Of a stretch of DNA of 64,000 nucleotides, positions 47,529 through 57,062 are shown one piece after another (position 1 is the first letter of the stretch; each line of letters begins with the position of its first letter). This DNA is from Chthonomonadales bacterium (lineage in GTDB: Bacteria; Armatimonadota; Chthonomonadetes; Chthonomonadales; CAJBBX01), in contig JBMFSQ010000005.1 in NCBI GenBank assembly GCA_049967475.1, positions 55,172 to 119,171 on the forward strand. The letters run 5' to 3'. A program made the translations under genes and the position numbers. Below the pieces are notes generated by a model, which made no database searches, was not told the origin of the DNA, and saw only the letters and a program-made list of their open reading frames with translations.

Positions 47529-49367
47529 ATGGGCATCGGAACCGTCGTATGGGCGAAGTTGAGAATGCGCGCAGCCGCAACCGTGTGCTGCGCCGCGGGG
47601 GTTCTGGCCGCATCCGTCGCCCACAGTCAGGACCCAATGGCACCTGCGGAAGCAGCTTTGCGAAAGATCCAGGCGGGGGATATGCGTGGTGCAGCGCTTG
47701 TGGTGCGCCGCGCTCTGGATCAGGATCCCGGCGACCCGCTCCTTCATAACCTGGCTGCAACCTTGCTGCTGATGACCGGCGACACGAAAAACGCCGATCG
47801 GATGTGGAAGGTGTGCCTCGCCGATAACCCTCAGGACGGCCTCGCCTCCTACGGAATGGCTCTTACGTGCCTTGCCCGGGGCGACGAAGCAGGGGCCCGA
47901 ACATACCTTCGCCGAAGCGAACCAAACGGGGACCGCGCCTTCCTCCTGCTGGCGGATCGGTACCTAGAACGGGTTCGGAACGGCGGCAGCGCATCCTTGG
48001 GCATCGCCTTACCGGAGCCCCTTGCCGCCGGCGCCCACGCCATGGACGGCTTGGTCGCGGCAAAACGCGGCGATCACCGCACGGCCTTCGCGGAACTGAC
48101 CGCCGCCCTGAATGCCTTGCCCGGCGATCCATTTGCTGAAGCTCCCGGCCTGGTGATGACGTTTGATCCCGCTCGCCCTATCGGCTTCGGCTGCCGCCCG
48201 CTTCCTTCGGGCATGGGGTTGGCTCCTTCCGTTACTGTAGAGCCGCCTCTTTCCGGAACGGTAATGCTGTCGCCGGATCTGCAAGGCGCAGGGGTGGGCT
48301 TCGTGTCGTTCCGGATTGACGGCGCCTTCACGTGCATCGTAAATGCGCCCCCCTTCCGGTATGCTTGGGATACCACCCGCTACCCTAACAGCCTCCACAA
48401 CGTGGAAATGCTGGTGTTTGACCAACAGGGCAACGTGATCCAGCAGACACGCCGCCGCATCCGCACTTCAAATGCAGGAGCGCCTCCGCGACCGCCTGGA
48501 GATGAAGAGCGCATTCAAAGACTGCGCACGATGCTATGGAACCTGCTGGCGTTGTACCCGAGCAAAGCGGTGGTGGCCGATGCCGCGGCCCAAGAGGCAC
48601 ATATCCTCGGCGATAGCGCCGCGGCCACACGCTATGCATCCCAGGCGGCTGCGATTGACCCAGCCCGGCGAAAAGAGCTGGCCCGCTTCATCCCAGGGCT
48701 GAACTCCGCTGCCGAAGCGGCGCTGTGGAGAGGAGATCCTCGGCAGCCTGTGGTCGCCCTCACCTTTGACGATGGGCCCAAACCTGGAATAACCGAACAG
48801 CTCCTGGCAGTTCTCACTCGGGAACACGTTCCGGCCACCTTCTTCGTCATCGGGCGCCATGCTACAGCCCACCCCGACCTTATCCGCAAAATGGCCGCAG
48901 CGGGAATGGAAATCGAGAACCACACGTACACCCATCCCAATCTTACGCTGCTTCCCGAGCGGATGGTTGAAGAGGAGCTTATGCGCACAATGGCTGCCGT
49001 CACTTTGGCAGGGGCTCCCCGCAACAAGTTCTTCCGGCCTCCGGGAGGCAACCTCGATGCCTCCGTGACGCGCATCGCGGCGAAATGCGGCCTCACGCCC
49101 TGTCTGTGGACGCTTGATGCGGACGCACTGGAGAATGGCAGCCCAGCCCGCCTTGTAGAGTACGTCGTCCAAAAGGCGGAACCTGGTGCGATCATCTTGA
49201 TGCACAACGGCCGCCTAACAACAGTAGATGCACTGCCGGCAATTATATCCGGACTGCGGGCCAAGGGGCTGGGCTTCGTTACGGTGGATCACCTCATGGC
49301 CAAGCCCGAACTGGCTGCAAAGCATCCTGCAACGGCCGCAGCGGGGACCCGTTCCATAAAAGAGTGA
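47529..49367 (+). CDS. Exported TPR + Ig-like + NodB polysaccharide deacetylase
   Basis: LTFDDGP, ENHTYTH, FRPPGG, IILMH; N-terminal TPR-like helices; PPFRYAWDT Ig-like motif. Confidence 0.85.
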   Translation: MGIGTVVWAKLRMRAAATVCCAAGVLAASVAHSQDPMAPAEAALRKIQAGDMRGAALVVRRALDQDPGDPLLHNLAATLLLMTGDTKNADRMWKVCLADNPQDGLASYGMALTCLARGDEAGARTYLRRSEPNGDRAFLLLADRYLERVRNGGSASLGIALPEPLAAGAHAMDGLVAAKRGDHRTAFAELTAALNALPGDPFAEAPGLVMTFDPARPIGFGCRPLPSGMGLAPSVTVEPPLSGTVMLSPDLQGAGVGFVSFRIDGAFTCIVNAPPFRYAWDTTRYPNSLHNVEMLVFDQQGNVIQQTRRRIRTSNAGAPPRPPGDEERIQRLRTMLWNLLALYPSKAVVADAAAQEAHILGDSAAATRYASQAAAIDPARRKELARFIPGLNSAAEAALWRGDPRQPVVALTFDDGPKPGITEQLLAVLTREHVPATFFVIGRHATAHPDLIRKMAAAGMEIENHTYTHPNLTLLPERMVEEELMRTMAAVTLAGAPRNKFFRPPGGNLDASVTRIAAKCGLTPCLWTLDADALENGSPARLVEYVVQKAEPGAIILMHNGRLTTVDALPAIISGLRAKGLGFVTVDHLMAKPELAAKHPATAAAGTRSIKE

Positions 49368-49491
49368 AGCAGCCAGTAAACAGAAGGGACGGATCTGCCG
49401 ACCATTGGGAGGAATCCGGCAGAGTGTCTGCGTAATCATAATAGGAGGCATGTGGTGCCCACCCAACGCCTCATACCGAGGAGGGATCTCG

Positions 49492-50442
49492 ATGCGAACA
49501 TCGCTACGTGTTTTCGGCAGCGTTCTCGCCGCATCCGCAGTATTCGGTTTGGCGGCAGCAGCAAACGCTGCTCCGGCGGAACGGGAATTGCTGGGAATCA
49601 GGATCTGGCGCACCTGGCGTGAAGTACTTCAGAAGCACGGGCAGCCTACCCGCATTGAGGTCGGTGCCGTCACTGGACCCCTCCAGGCCCAGCCAGGCGC
49701 GGGCGGCGCCCCGGCCATGGGAATGAGCGCACCCATGATGGGAGCACCCATGATGGGCGGCAGTATGATGGGGGGTGCGGGCCGCCGCGGCAACAAGTTC
49801 GCCAACATCGGCCTCCCCGGTCCGGGGGCATCAGCTCCAGTGGGCGTCCCCACGGGCCCCATGGGCATGATCGGCGGTATGGGCGGCATGAGCGCCCCCA
49901 TGATGGGTGGACCTACCATGGGCGGAAGCATGATGGGCGGTGCCGGCCGAAGGTTCGGCGGTGCGCTCCCAGGGATGGAAGGGGTCGGATTGCCTGGTTT
50001 CGGCGGACCCACCCTGCCCGGAGCGCCAGGCATGATGGGGATGACGGGAAGGCCCGGTGCTGCAGCCGCCGCTCCGTCCGAGGAAGGCGAGATCACATGG
50101 ATCTACGAGAAGGGGCCGTTGACCTTCATGTTCCTTTTCAACAAAGACGGCCGCGTCATCCAGATCCAGGAGTTCGGCTACAAGGGCGGGAGCCCCACAT
50201 CACGCGGCGTACGTTTGGGAGATCCCCTGCGCAAGGTCTACGCCGTCTACGGCTGGGCCGATAAGTCGGAAACAACAGGCGACCAGATCACATTGGATTA
50301 CAGCCACAAGGCCCACGTGGTCTTCCAGCTCATCAAGAACAAGGTAGTAGGCATCACCGTAGCCCTTACCGAGCGGAGCCAGATACCTACCGTTACTACA
50401 GGTACGGGAGGCATCATCGCTGGAGGCGGCGAAGGCGAATAG
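49492..50442 (+). CDS. Exported Gly/Met/Pro-rich hypothetical protein
   Basis: RBS GAGGAGG, signal peptide AANA, low-complexity insert, C-terminal TSRGVRLGD...VYAVYG domain. Confidence 0.75.
   Translation: MRTSLRVFGSVLAASAVFGLAAAANAAPAERELLGIRIWRTWREVLQKHGQPTRIEVGAVTGPLQAQPGAGGAPAMGMSAPMMGAPMMGGSMMGGAGRRGNKFANIGLPGPGASAPVGVPTGPMGMIGGMGGMSAPMMGGPTMGGSMMGGAGRRFGGALPGMEGVGLPGFGGPTLPGAPGMMGMTGRPGAAAAAPSEEGEITWIYEKGPLTFMFLFNKDGRVIQIQEFGYKGGSPTSRGVRLGDPLRKVYAVYGWADKSETTGDQITLDYSHKAHVVFQLIKNKVVGITVALTERSQIPTVTTGTGGIIAGGGEGE
49720..49953 (+). repeat. Intragenic 69-bp (23-aa) imperfect repeat
   Basis: GMSAPMMGAPMMGGSMMGGAGRR (49720-49788) and GMSAPMMGGPTMGGSMMGGAGRR (49885-49953). Confidence 0.8.
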
Positions 50443-50465
50443 CGTCCGTCTGCTGTGCGGCATGT

Positions 50466-50502
50466 AGGGGTGGAGGTGCGGGAAGGCCGCCTCTCCACCC
50501 CT
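50466..50502 (+). terminator. Stem-loop upstream of dnaG
   Basis: AGGGGTGGAG...CTCCACCCCT with inner GCGG/CCGC. Confidence 0.5.
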
Positions 50503-50543
50503 TCGTATTCCGGAGCATCCCCACCACACACACAGCATACACC

Positions 50544-52397
50544 ATGGACAAGGAACGCATCCGGGAAAGCAGCGACATCGTAGAAGTGATCTCATCCCTG
50601 GTGCCCCTCAAAAAGAGGGGGCGCAACTGGGTGGGTCTATGCCCCTTCCATCAGGAGAAGACCCCATCGTTCCATGTGGATCCCGTCACACAAACCTTCA
50701 AGTGCTTCGGCTGCGGTCTAGGCGGGGATGTCTTCACCTTCGTGGAACGCTACCACAACATGGACTTCGCAGAGGCGGCCGAGTTCCTTGCCAGACGGGC
50801 AGGTTTGCCCATCGAAGTGAGCCGGCCGGAACACGCGTCCACGGACGTGGTGGCGCGGGAACGCATCTATGCGGTAAACAAAATAGCGGCGGCGTGGTTC
50901 CAGGCTATGCTGGAACGCAATCCCCACGCACAGGAATACCTCGAGAGGCGTCGCCTCGCACCCGACACGGTCCGCCGCTTCGGCATTGGTTACGCTCCGG
51001 ATAACTGGACGGGCCTCACAGATCACTTCAAGGCCACGCACCATTCTCTCGATGCGGTTCTGGATGCAGGTCTTGTAGCGCGAGGATCGTCCGGCGACCT
51101 CTATGACGTCTTCCGCAACCGCATCATCTTTCCCATCCAGGATGAGCAGGAACGCATCGTGGGGTTCGGCGGGCGAACCCTCACAGACGAGGTTCCCAAA
51201 TATCTGAACACTGCGGAAACATCGGTGTTCTCAAAGAGCAAGCTTTTGTACGGCCTTCCCTTCGCCCGCCGAGCGATCGCCGCACAAGGCCGCACCCTCC
51301 TAATGGAAGGATACATGGATGTGATCGCTGCCCAACAGGCAGGCTTCGCTGCGGCTGTGGCCACCCTGGGCACGGCACTCACAGAGCACCATGCCCGCAA
51401 ACTTGCCCGGCTGGCCCCCAAGGTGATCCTTGTGTATGACGCCGACAGCGCCGGCATCAAGGCAACATTGCGTGCCTCTGAGCTGCTGGAACACGAGGGG
51501 CTGGAAGTGCGCATAGCCGCTCTGCCGGAAGGAGAAGATCCCGATGCCCTCGTGCGCCGAGGCGAGATCGCCACACTCGAGCGGGCCATAGACGGAGCCA
51601 TCGGCCGTGTGGAGTACCAACTTCGCCGTGTGATAGCCGAGAGCGACACATCCACCGCATCGGGCCGCGCCAGGATGTTGCGCCAGATCCTCTACGTCCT
51701 CGCTACGGTGCCCACCCGGGCGGAGCGAGATGCATACATCCAGCAGATTTGGCAATATCATCCCATGAGCTCCGCCGGCCCCGGCGTTGCGTCCGAACAG
51801 ATGCACCGCGACGCGGAGGCCATCCGCGCCGCTCGCCGCCCCGGCGGACCGGCACCGGGATCACGGCCGGCCACACGGAGTACGGATGGGGGAGCCTCTG
51901 ATATGCCCCAACATGAAGGCGTACTTCTCCGTAGGTCCGAGCGCCCCAGCGCCGAAGCCGAGATCTTGCGGGCCTTGGCCCATCCCCAGTGGAGGGACCG
52001 TGTGCTCCAGTTGATCGAGGAGGCAGACCTTCCATCGGAAGATGCCAGGCGCTTCTACCGCCTCGTTGCCGGCCATAAAGAGGAGCTCAAAACGGAAGGA
52101 GACCTCGTAGCCGTGCTGGACCGGTTCGAAGACGCGGATTTTGCCCTGATGATGCGCACCCGGCTGCAGGAGATCCATGCACTGATGGCGAAAGTGCCTC
52201 TGGATGACACCGTCATCGTGGGATGCGCCCGCACCCTGAAACATTACCGGTTTTTGCGCGTCAAGCGGGAATGGGCACAATTCTTGCAGTCCAAACCAGT
52301 GTTGACGGAAGAAGATCGCGAGCGCGTCCGTGAATACGAACGGCTCCTACAGAACCTCAAGGGAGCTGTAAAGGGCAGTGCTTCAACAAGGGAGTGA
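50544..52397 (+). CDS. dnaG: DNA primase
   Basis: [11 protein letters not shown]...CFGC, GFGGR, KYLNT, EGYMD, DADSAG. Confidence 0.97.
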   Translation: MDKERIRESSDIVEVISSLVPLKKRGRNWVGLCPFHQEKTPSFHVDPVTQTFKCFGCGLGGDVFTFVERYHNMDFAEAAEFLARRAGLPIEVSRPEHASTDVVARERIYAVNKIAAAWFQAMLERNPHAQEYLERRRLAPDTVRRFGIGYAPDNWTGLTDHFKATHHSLDAVLDAGLVARGSSGDLYDVFRNRIIFPIQDEQERIVGFGGRTLTDEVPKYLNTAETSVFSKSKLLYGLPFARRAIAAQGRTLLMEGYMDVIAAQQAGFAAAVATLGTALTEHHARKLARLAPKVILVYDADSAGIKATLRASELLEHEGLEVRIAALPEGEDPDALVRRGEIATLERAIDGAIGRVEYQLRRVIAESDTSTASGRARMLRQILYVLATVPTRAERDAYIQQIWQYHPMSSAGPGVASEQMHRDAEAIRAARRPGGPAPGSRPATRSTDGGASDMPQHEGVLLRRSERPSAEAEILRALAHPQWRDRVLQLIEEADLPSEDARRFYRLVAGHKEELKTEGDLVAVLDRFEDADFALMMRTRLQEIHALMAKVPLDDTVIVGCARTLKHYRFLRVKREWAQFLQSKPVLTEEDRERVREYERLLQNLKGAVKGSASTRE

Positions 52398-53530
52398 TGA
52401 GCGTGTCTCTGGAGGAAGGGCATACCAATTCAGAGTTCGAGCGGCTGCGGGAACACGGCCGCCAAACCGGCTACCTCACGTATGACGAAATCAACGAGAC
52501 CTTGATCCATGAAGACTTGGATGCAGACCAGATAGATGATCTGCTGCAGGCCTTCGAAGATGAGGGGATTGAGGTGGTCGCAAAACTCGCAAAGGAGGAC
52601 GCAACGTCGTCGCGGGAGGATGCGCATAGCGTGGGCATCGCCCGAGAGGTGGAACTGGCTGAAGAAGAGCTGGCGGCTCTAGAGAATGCTCCCCTCGACG
52701 ATTCGGTGCGCATGTGGCTGCGTGAGATCGGCAAGACCCCCCTCCTCTCCCTTGAAGAAGAGATCGAGCTGGCGAAGCGCATCAAAAGCTCGGACGAGGC
52801 CGTCAGGAAAGAGGCGAGAGATCTCCTGACCCGTGCGAACCTTCGCCTCGTAGTGTCCATCGCCAAACGCTACAGCGGCCGCGGCATGTCCTTCCCGGAC
52901 CTGATCCAGGAAGGCAATATCGGCCTCATCCGAGCTGTGGAGAAATTCGACTTCAGCAAGGGATACCGCTTCAGCACCTACGCCACATGGTGGATCCGTC
53001 AAGCCATAACCCGCGCCATCGCCGACCAAGGCCGCACGATCCGCATACCCGTCCATATGGTGGAAACCATCAACCGCCTCATCAAAACGAGCAGCCGCCT
53101 GTTGCAAGACCTTGGTCGCGAGCCCACTATGGATGAGCTTGCCCGCGCCCTGGATATGCCGCCGGAACGCGTCTGCGACATTATCCGCATCGCTCCGGAA
53201 CCACTCTCGCTGGAAACGCCCATCGGCGAAGAGGAAGACAGCCACCTTTCTGATTTCATCGAAGATCATGAAGCCCTCTCTCCCGACGATGCAGCATCCA
53301 CCCTCCTTCTTCGTGAGAAGATCGAAGAGGTTCTGGACCAGCTCACGCCCCGCGAGCGTGATGTGCTGATCATGCGCTTTGGCCTGGAAGACGGCTGTTC
53401 CCGCACGCTGGAGGAAGTAGGCCGGCATTTCCGCGTGACGCGCGAGCGCATCCGCCAGATTGAAGCCAAGGCCCTGCGCAAACTGCGCCATCCCAGCAGA
53501 AGCAGCAAGCTTCGCGAATACCTGGAATAG
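52394..53530 (+). CDS. rpoD: Primary sigma factor RpoD/SigA
   Basis: [43 protein letters not shown]. Confidence 0.97.
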   Translation: MMSVSLEEGHTNSEFERLREHGRQTGYLTYDEINETLIHEDLDADQIDDLLQAFEDEGIEVVAKLAKEDATSSREDAHSVGIAREVELAEEELAALENAPLDDSVRMWLREIGKTPLLSLEEEIELAKRIKSSDEAVRKEARDLLTRANLRLVVSIAKRYSGRGMSFPDLIQEGNIGLIRAVEKFDFSKGYRFSTYATWWIRQAITRAIADQGRTIRIPVHMVETINRLIKTSSRLLQDLGREPTMDELARALDMPPERVCDIIRIAPEPLSLETPIGEEEDSHLSDFIEDHEALSPDDAASTLLLREKIEEVLDQLTPRERDVLIMRFGLEDGCSRTLEEVGRHFRVTRERIRQIEAKALRKLRHPSRSSKLREYLE

Positions 53531-53543
53531 ACGCGCACCGCCT

Positions 53544-53903
53544 GTGGACACCCTCTTCATCGAAGGCCTCGAATTCTACGGATACCATGGCGCTACCGAC
53601 GAAGAACAGGCCGTAGGCCACCGGTATCAGGTGGATGTATCCCTTCAACTCGATCTCAGCTCCGCCGCCGAGAGCGACCGCCTGGACCACACCGTCAATT
53701 ACGCCGCTGCCGCAAAGCGCATCATCGCTATCGGCACCACTACCCGCTTTCGCCTTCTGGAGGCTTTGGCTGAGGAGCTTGCACGTACCCTCCTTGCCGA
53801 GTTTCCATCCGTGAGGAGAGTGCGCCTGCGCTTGGCCAAAATCTATCCGCCCATGAACGCCATCGCCAAGGCGGCAGGAGTAGAGATCGAACGAACCCGC
53901 TGA
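53544..53903 (+). CDS. folB: Dihydroneopterin aldolase
   Basis: GLEFYGYHG...EEQ, TVNYA, LLEALA. Confidence 0.93.
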   Translation: MDTLFIEGLEFYGYHGATDEEQAVGHRYQVDVSLQLDLSSAAESDRLDHTVNYAAAAKRIIAIGTTTRFRLLEALAEELARTLLAEFPSVRRVRLRLAKIYPPMNAIAKAAGVEIERTR

Positions 53904-53983
53904 GGCGGAACAGCGCAGGGCTGGGAGTTCACATCACCGATTGTGCGCGACGACGCGCGACGAACTCCTGGGCATCTTGTGCG

Positions 53984-53989
53984 TATAAT
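53984..53989 (+). promoter_or_regulatory. -10 element defining a ~190-nt nadA leader
   Basis: TATAAT in otherwise GC-rich DNA, just before a highly structured region. Confidence 0.55.
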
Positions 53990-54101
53990 AACCGTAGCAG
54001 CCGGATCCCTCTTGTGGGCGTTCCGGGAGGCTGCCGCCCGGGTCCGGAGGTAGTGCAGAAGCACCGCACCGGACGGCCGCTGAACAATAACCCGCTAAGC
54101 C

Positions 54102-54161
54102 GGGGCGGTCAACATCCCCGCTGCGGGGGCCTTCGGGTCCAATCCCGCGGCTGGCCGCCCC
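54102..54161 (+). promoter_or_regulatory. NAD+-I (nadA motif)-like riboswitch aptamer
   Basis: P1 GGGGCGGUCA/UGGCCGCCCC; 8-nt bulge ACAUCCCC; P1a GCUGCGGG/CCCGCGGC; UUCG-capped hairpin; ends 3 nt before the nadA SD. Confidence 0.75.
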
Positions 54162-54182
54162 ATAAAGGAAGGAGCGACCTTC

Positions 54183-55274
54183 ATGTTCCAAAAGCCGCTT
54201 CCCCCCGAGTATGCCCGCCTCGGTCCGGAAGCCACCGCCGAACGCATCGGCGAAGCGCGCGAGGCGCTGGGCGATGCCGTCGTGATCCTCGGCCATCACT
54301 ATCAACGGGACGAAATCATCCGCTGGGCCGATTACCGAGGCGATTCTCTCAAGCTGTCGCAACTCGCCGCCCAGCGCAAAGAAGCCCCCTTTATCGTCTT
54401 CTGCGGGGTCCATTTCATGGCCGAGTCCGCTGACATACTCACGGAAGACCGCCAGGCCGTGATCCTGCCCAACCTATCGGCCGGATGCTCCATGGCCGAC
54501 ATGGCCGATATCTACCAAGTAGAGGACGCGTGGAAGCACATCACCCAATATGTTGACCCCAGCGCCGTGATCCCCATCACCTACGTGAACTCTACTGCGG
54601 ACCTCAAAGCATTCGTGGGCCGCAATGGGGGCGCCTGCTGCACATCATCCAACGCAAGAAAAGTCATGGAGTGGGCTCTGGAGCGTGGCGACCGCGTCTT
54701 CTTCTTTCCCGATCAACACCTCGGACGCAATACCGCCATCACCCTTGGCTTCGACGTCCAGCGCGATATGGTCCTTTGGGATCCTATGGAGAAGCACGGA
54801 GGTGTTACCCCACAGGCCGTTGCGTCCGCCCGAGTGATCCTTTGGAAAGGGCATTGCTCGGTCCATCAACGCTTCACTGTGGACCAGATTGCCCGGGCGC
54901 GCCGGGAGCACCCGGATATCAAGATCATCGTCCATCCGGAATGCAGCTTGGATGTGGTTCAGGCATCGGATTACAACGGCTCCACGGAAGCGATTATCCG
55001 CAGGGTGTCGGAGGCGCCCAGCGGATCCAAATGGGGTGTCGGAACAGAGATCAACCTGGTCAACCGGCTCCAGCAGGAGCATCCCGACAAGCTCATCTTC
55101 TGCCTGGATCCCATCGTATGCCCCTGCTCCACCATGTACCGCATCCACCCGCACTACCTGCTCTATGTGCTGGAACAGCTTGTGCAAGGGCGCGTGGTCA
55201 ACCGTATCACGGTGGAGGAGCATACCAAGCACTGGGCGCGCATCGCGCTGGAACGGATGCTGGCGATCTCATAA
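54183..55274 (+). CDS. nadA: Quinolinate synthase
   Basis: LGHHYQ, FCGVHFMAE, AGCSMADM, YVNS, HPEC, CPCSTM. Confidence 0.97.
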   Translation: MFQKPLPPEYARLGPEATAERIGEAREALGDAVVILGHHYQRDEIIRWADYRGDSLKLSQLAAQRKEAPFIVFCGVHFMAESADILTEDRQAVILPNLSAGCSMADMADIYQVEDAWKHITQYVDPSAVIPITYVNSTADLKAFVGRNGGACCTSSNARKVMEWALERGDRVFFFPDQHLGRNTAITLGFDVQRDMVLWDPMEKHGGVTPQAVASARVILWKGHCSVHQRFTVDQIARARREHPDIKIIVHPECSLDVVQASDYNGSTEAIIRRVSEAPSGSKWGVGTEINLVNRLQQEHPDKLIFCLDPIVCPCSTMYRIHPHYLLYVLEQLVQGRVVNRITVEEHTKHWARIALERMLAIS

Positions 55275-55307
55275 CGCCTGCGCAGAACCCGATGCGGCAG
55301 CCCTGCA

Positions 55308-56423
55308 TCACAAATGGTGGATGGGGAAGATCAACTGCCTCACTTGCTCCACCGTGTCCCGTGCGCTTGCCATTGCGCGCTCTCGGTCGTGGGGAGCAAT
55401 GGGTGGGTCCTCATGGTCCGTGAGTGTGGGCATCCGTTCATGATCGGGGAAGGTGTGGGGAACAGTGTCGGACAGCTCCACACCAAAGAGTACCCCGAAT
55501 GCCAGCGCCCACATCCTTGGCACTGTCGTGGGGTTGTACCCTCCCCCACCCAGGGCAACGATGGGCTTCTCCAAGGCTGCGACGTCGCGCACAGCCTCCA
55601 CCCATCCTTGGGCGGTGAGGCAAAGGCGGGCCAGCGGGTCCAAATAATGCGGGTCGGCCCCCATCTCCAGCACAATGGCTTCGGGATCGAACGCCCGAAG
55701 GATGGGTAAACCGGCGTCACGCCATGCGCCCAGCCAGATGTCGTCCGTAGTATAGGGCCACATGGGCAGATTGACGCTGTAGCCAAGCCCCTCGCGCACA
55801 CCGCGTTCATGCACGAAGCCGGTTCCGGGAAAGAGCGTCTGCCCGGTCTCGTGGATGGAGATGGTCAGCACGGAGTTGTCGTCATAGAAAGCCTCCTGAA
55901 CGCCATCCCCGTGGTGCACATCTATGTCCACGTAGGCGATGCGCTGGTACTTGCGCTTCAGGCGGTGGATGGCCGCGACACAGTCATTGAACACGCAGAA
56001 GCCCGCCGCTCTGTCAAAATGGGCGTGATGCAGCCCGCCGGAGATATTCATAGCGACCGGAGCGCCGTCCAGGACGGCCTGCGCAGCATCCACCGAGGCT
56101 CCGGTATAAAGCAGGGAAGCTTCCCACATGCCGGCGAACACGGGATTATCACCGTATCCGAAGCCGTACCTCTGCGGGAAGGGAACGTGCTCGCCCGAAC
56201 TGAGGCGGTCTACTGCCTCGATATACTCCGCGCTGTGCACCTTGAGCAGATCCTCCATGGAGCAGGGTTGCGGAGTGCGGACCTCCACGTGCTCCAACGC
56301 TCCGTAACTCTCGAGCAGGGCGTAGGTGCGCAGCAGCCTGGCGGGCTTGAGCGGGTGAAGCGGTCCCATATCGTAATGCCGGAAGTCATCGGTGTACACA
56401 AATACGCCGGCAGGAGAACCCAT
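55308..56423 (-). CDS. acuC: AcuC-like Zn-dependent deacetylase (HDAC family)
   Basis: HPLKP, GGLHHA, GFCVFND, DIDVHHGDG, GGGGY. Confidence 0.9.
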   Translation of the reverse strand: MGSPAGVFVYTDDFRHYDMGPLHPLKPARLLRTYALLESYGALEHVEVRTPQPCSMEDLLKVHSAEYIEAVDRLSSGEHVPFPQRYGFGYGDNPVFAGMWEASLLYTGASVDAAQAVLDGAPVAMNISGGLHHAHFDRAAGFCVFNDCVAAIHRLKRKYQRIAYVDIDVHHGDGVQEAFYDDNSVLTISIHETGQTLFPGTGFVHERGVREGLGYSVNLPMWPYTTDDIWLGAWRDAGLPILRAFDPEAIVLEMGADPHYLDPLARLCLTAQGWVEAVRDVAALEKPIVALGGGGYNPTTVPRMWALAFGVLFGVELSDTVPHTFPDHERMPTLTDHEDPPIAPHDRERAMASARDTVEQVRQLIFPIHHL

Positions 56424-56426
56424 GAT

Positions 56427-57062
56427 TTACCCCCTCTCTTCCAAACTGCGCCAAAGATAGAGCGATGCGATGGTGCAATAGGGCGTCCACCTTTCCCCGA
56501 AGCTCCGCACCGCCGTTGGGGTGGGGAGCGCATCCAAACCATAGGCGCGCTGGATCGCCTTGCGAATGCCCAAATCCCCATAAGGAAGGACGTTGGTTCT
56601 GCCCAAGCGGAAGATGAGGAACATATGCGCCGACCACGGGCCAATGCCCCTCAAGCCCACGAGGACTTCCTCCACTTGGTCATCAGGAAGTTCGTGGATA
56701 CGCTCCAAGCGGTTCTCCGACTGCAGGGCATGGGCTGCCAGATCCTTGAGGTAACGCACCTTCATTTGGGAAAGCCCAGCGCCCCGAAGCGCCTCCTCGG
56801 GCAGGCTCGCGAGCACCTCTGCCGACACCCGCCCGCCGGGAAAAAGGACCTGAAGGCGGGAATAGATGCGTTCCGCCGCCCCACCGGACAATTGCTGATA
56901 GACGATGGCTTCCACCAACGCCTCAAAATGGCTGACCTTGCCGTCCGGCACCAACCGCACATCTGGGCAGCGTTCCATAAGCCGGGCCAGCACTGGGTCC
57001 CTGCCCCTCAAGAAGGCGGCTCCAGCATCGAACACTCCCGGGTCAAACAAGGAAGGCCCCAT
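56427..57062 (-). CDS. DNA-3-methyladenine glycosylase (AlkA-like HhH-GPD)
   Basis: AIVYQQLS, GLSQMK, LRGIGPWSA, GDLGIRKA. Confidence 0.9.
   Translation of the reverse strand: MGPSLFDPGVFDAGAAFLRGRDPVLARLMERCPDVRLVPDGKVSHFEALVEAIVYQQLSGGAAERIYSRLQVLFPGGRVSAEVLASLPEEALRGAGLSQMKVRYLKDLAAHALQSENRLERIHELPDDQVEEVLVGLRGIGPWSAHMFLIFRLGRTNVLPYGDLGIRKAIQRAYGLDALPTPTAVRSFGERWTPYCTIASLYLWRSLEERG

Noticed and set aside
53995..54100. SRP RNA, 6S RNA or ykkC/yjdF-type riboswitch identity for the nadA upstream domain
   Set aside because: Only short coincidental matches such as GGUCCGGA; the defining motifs are missing. Left unassigned.
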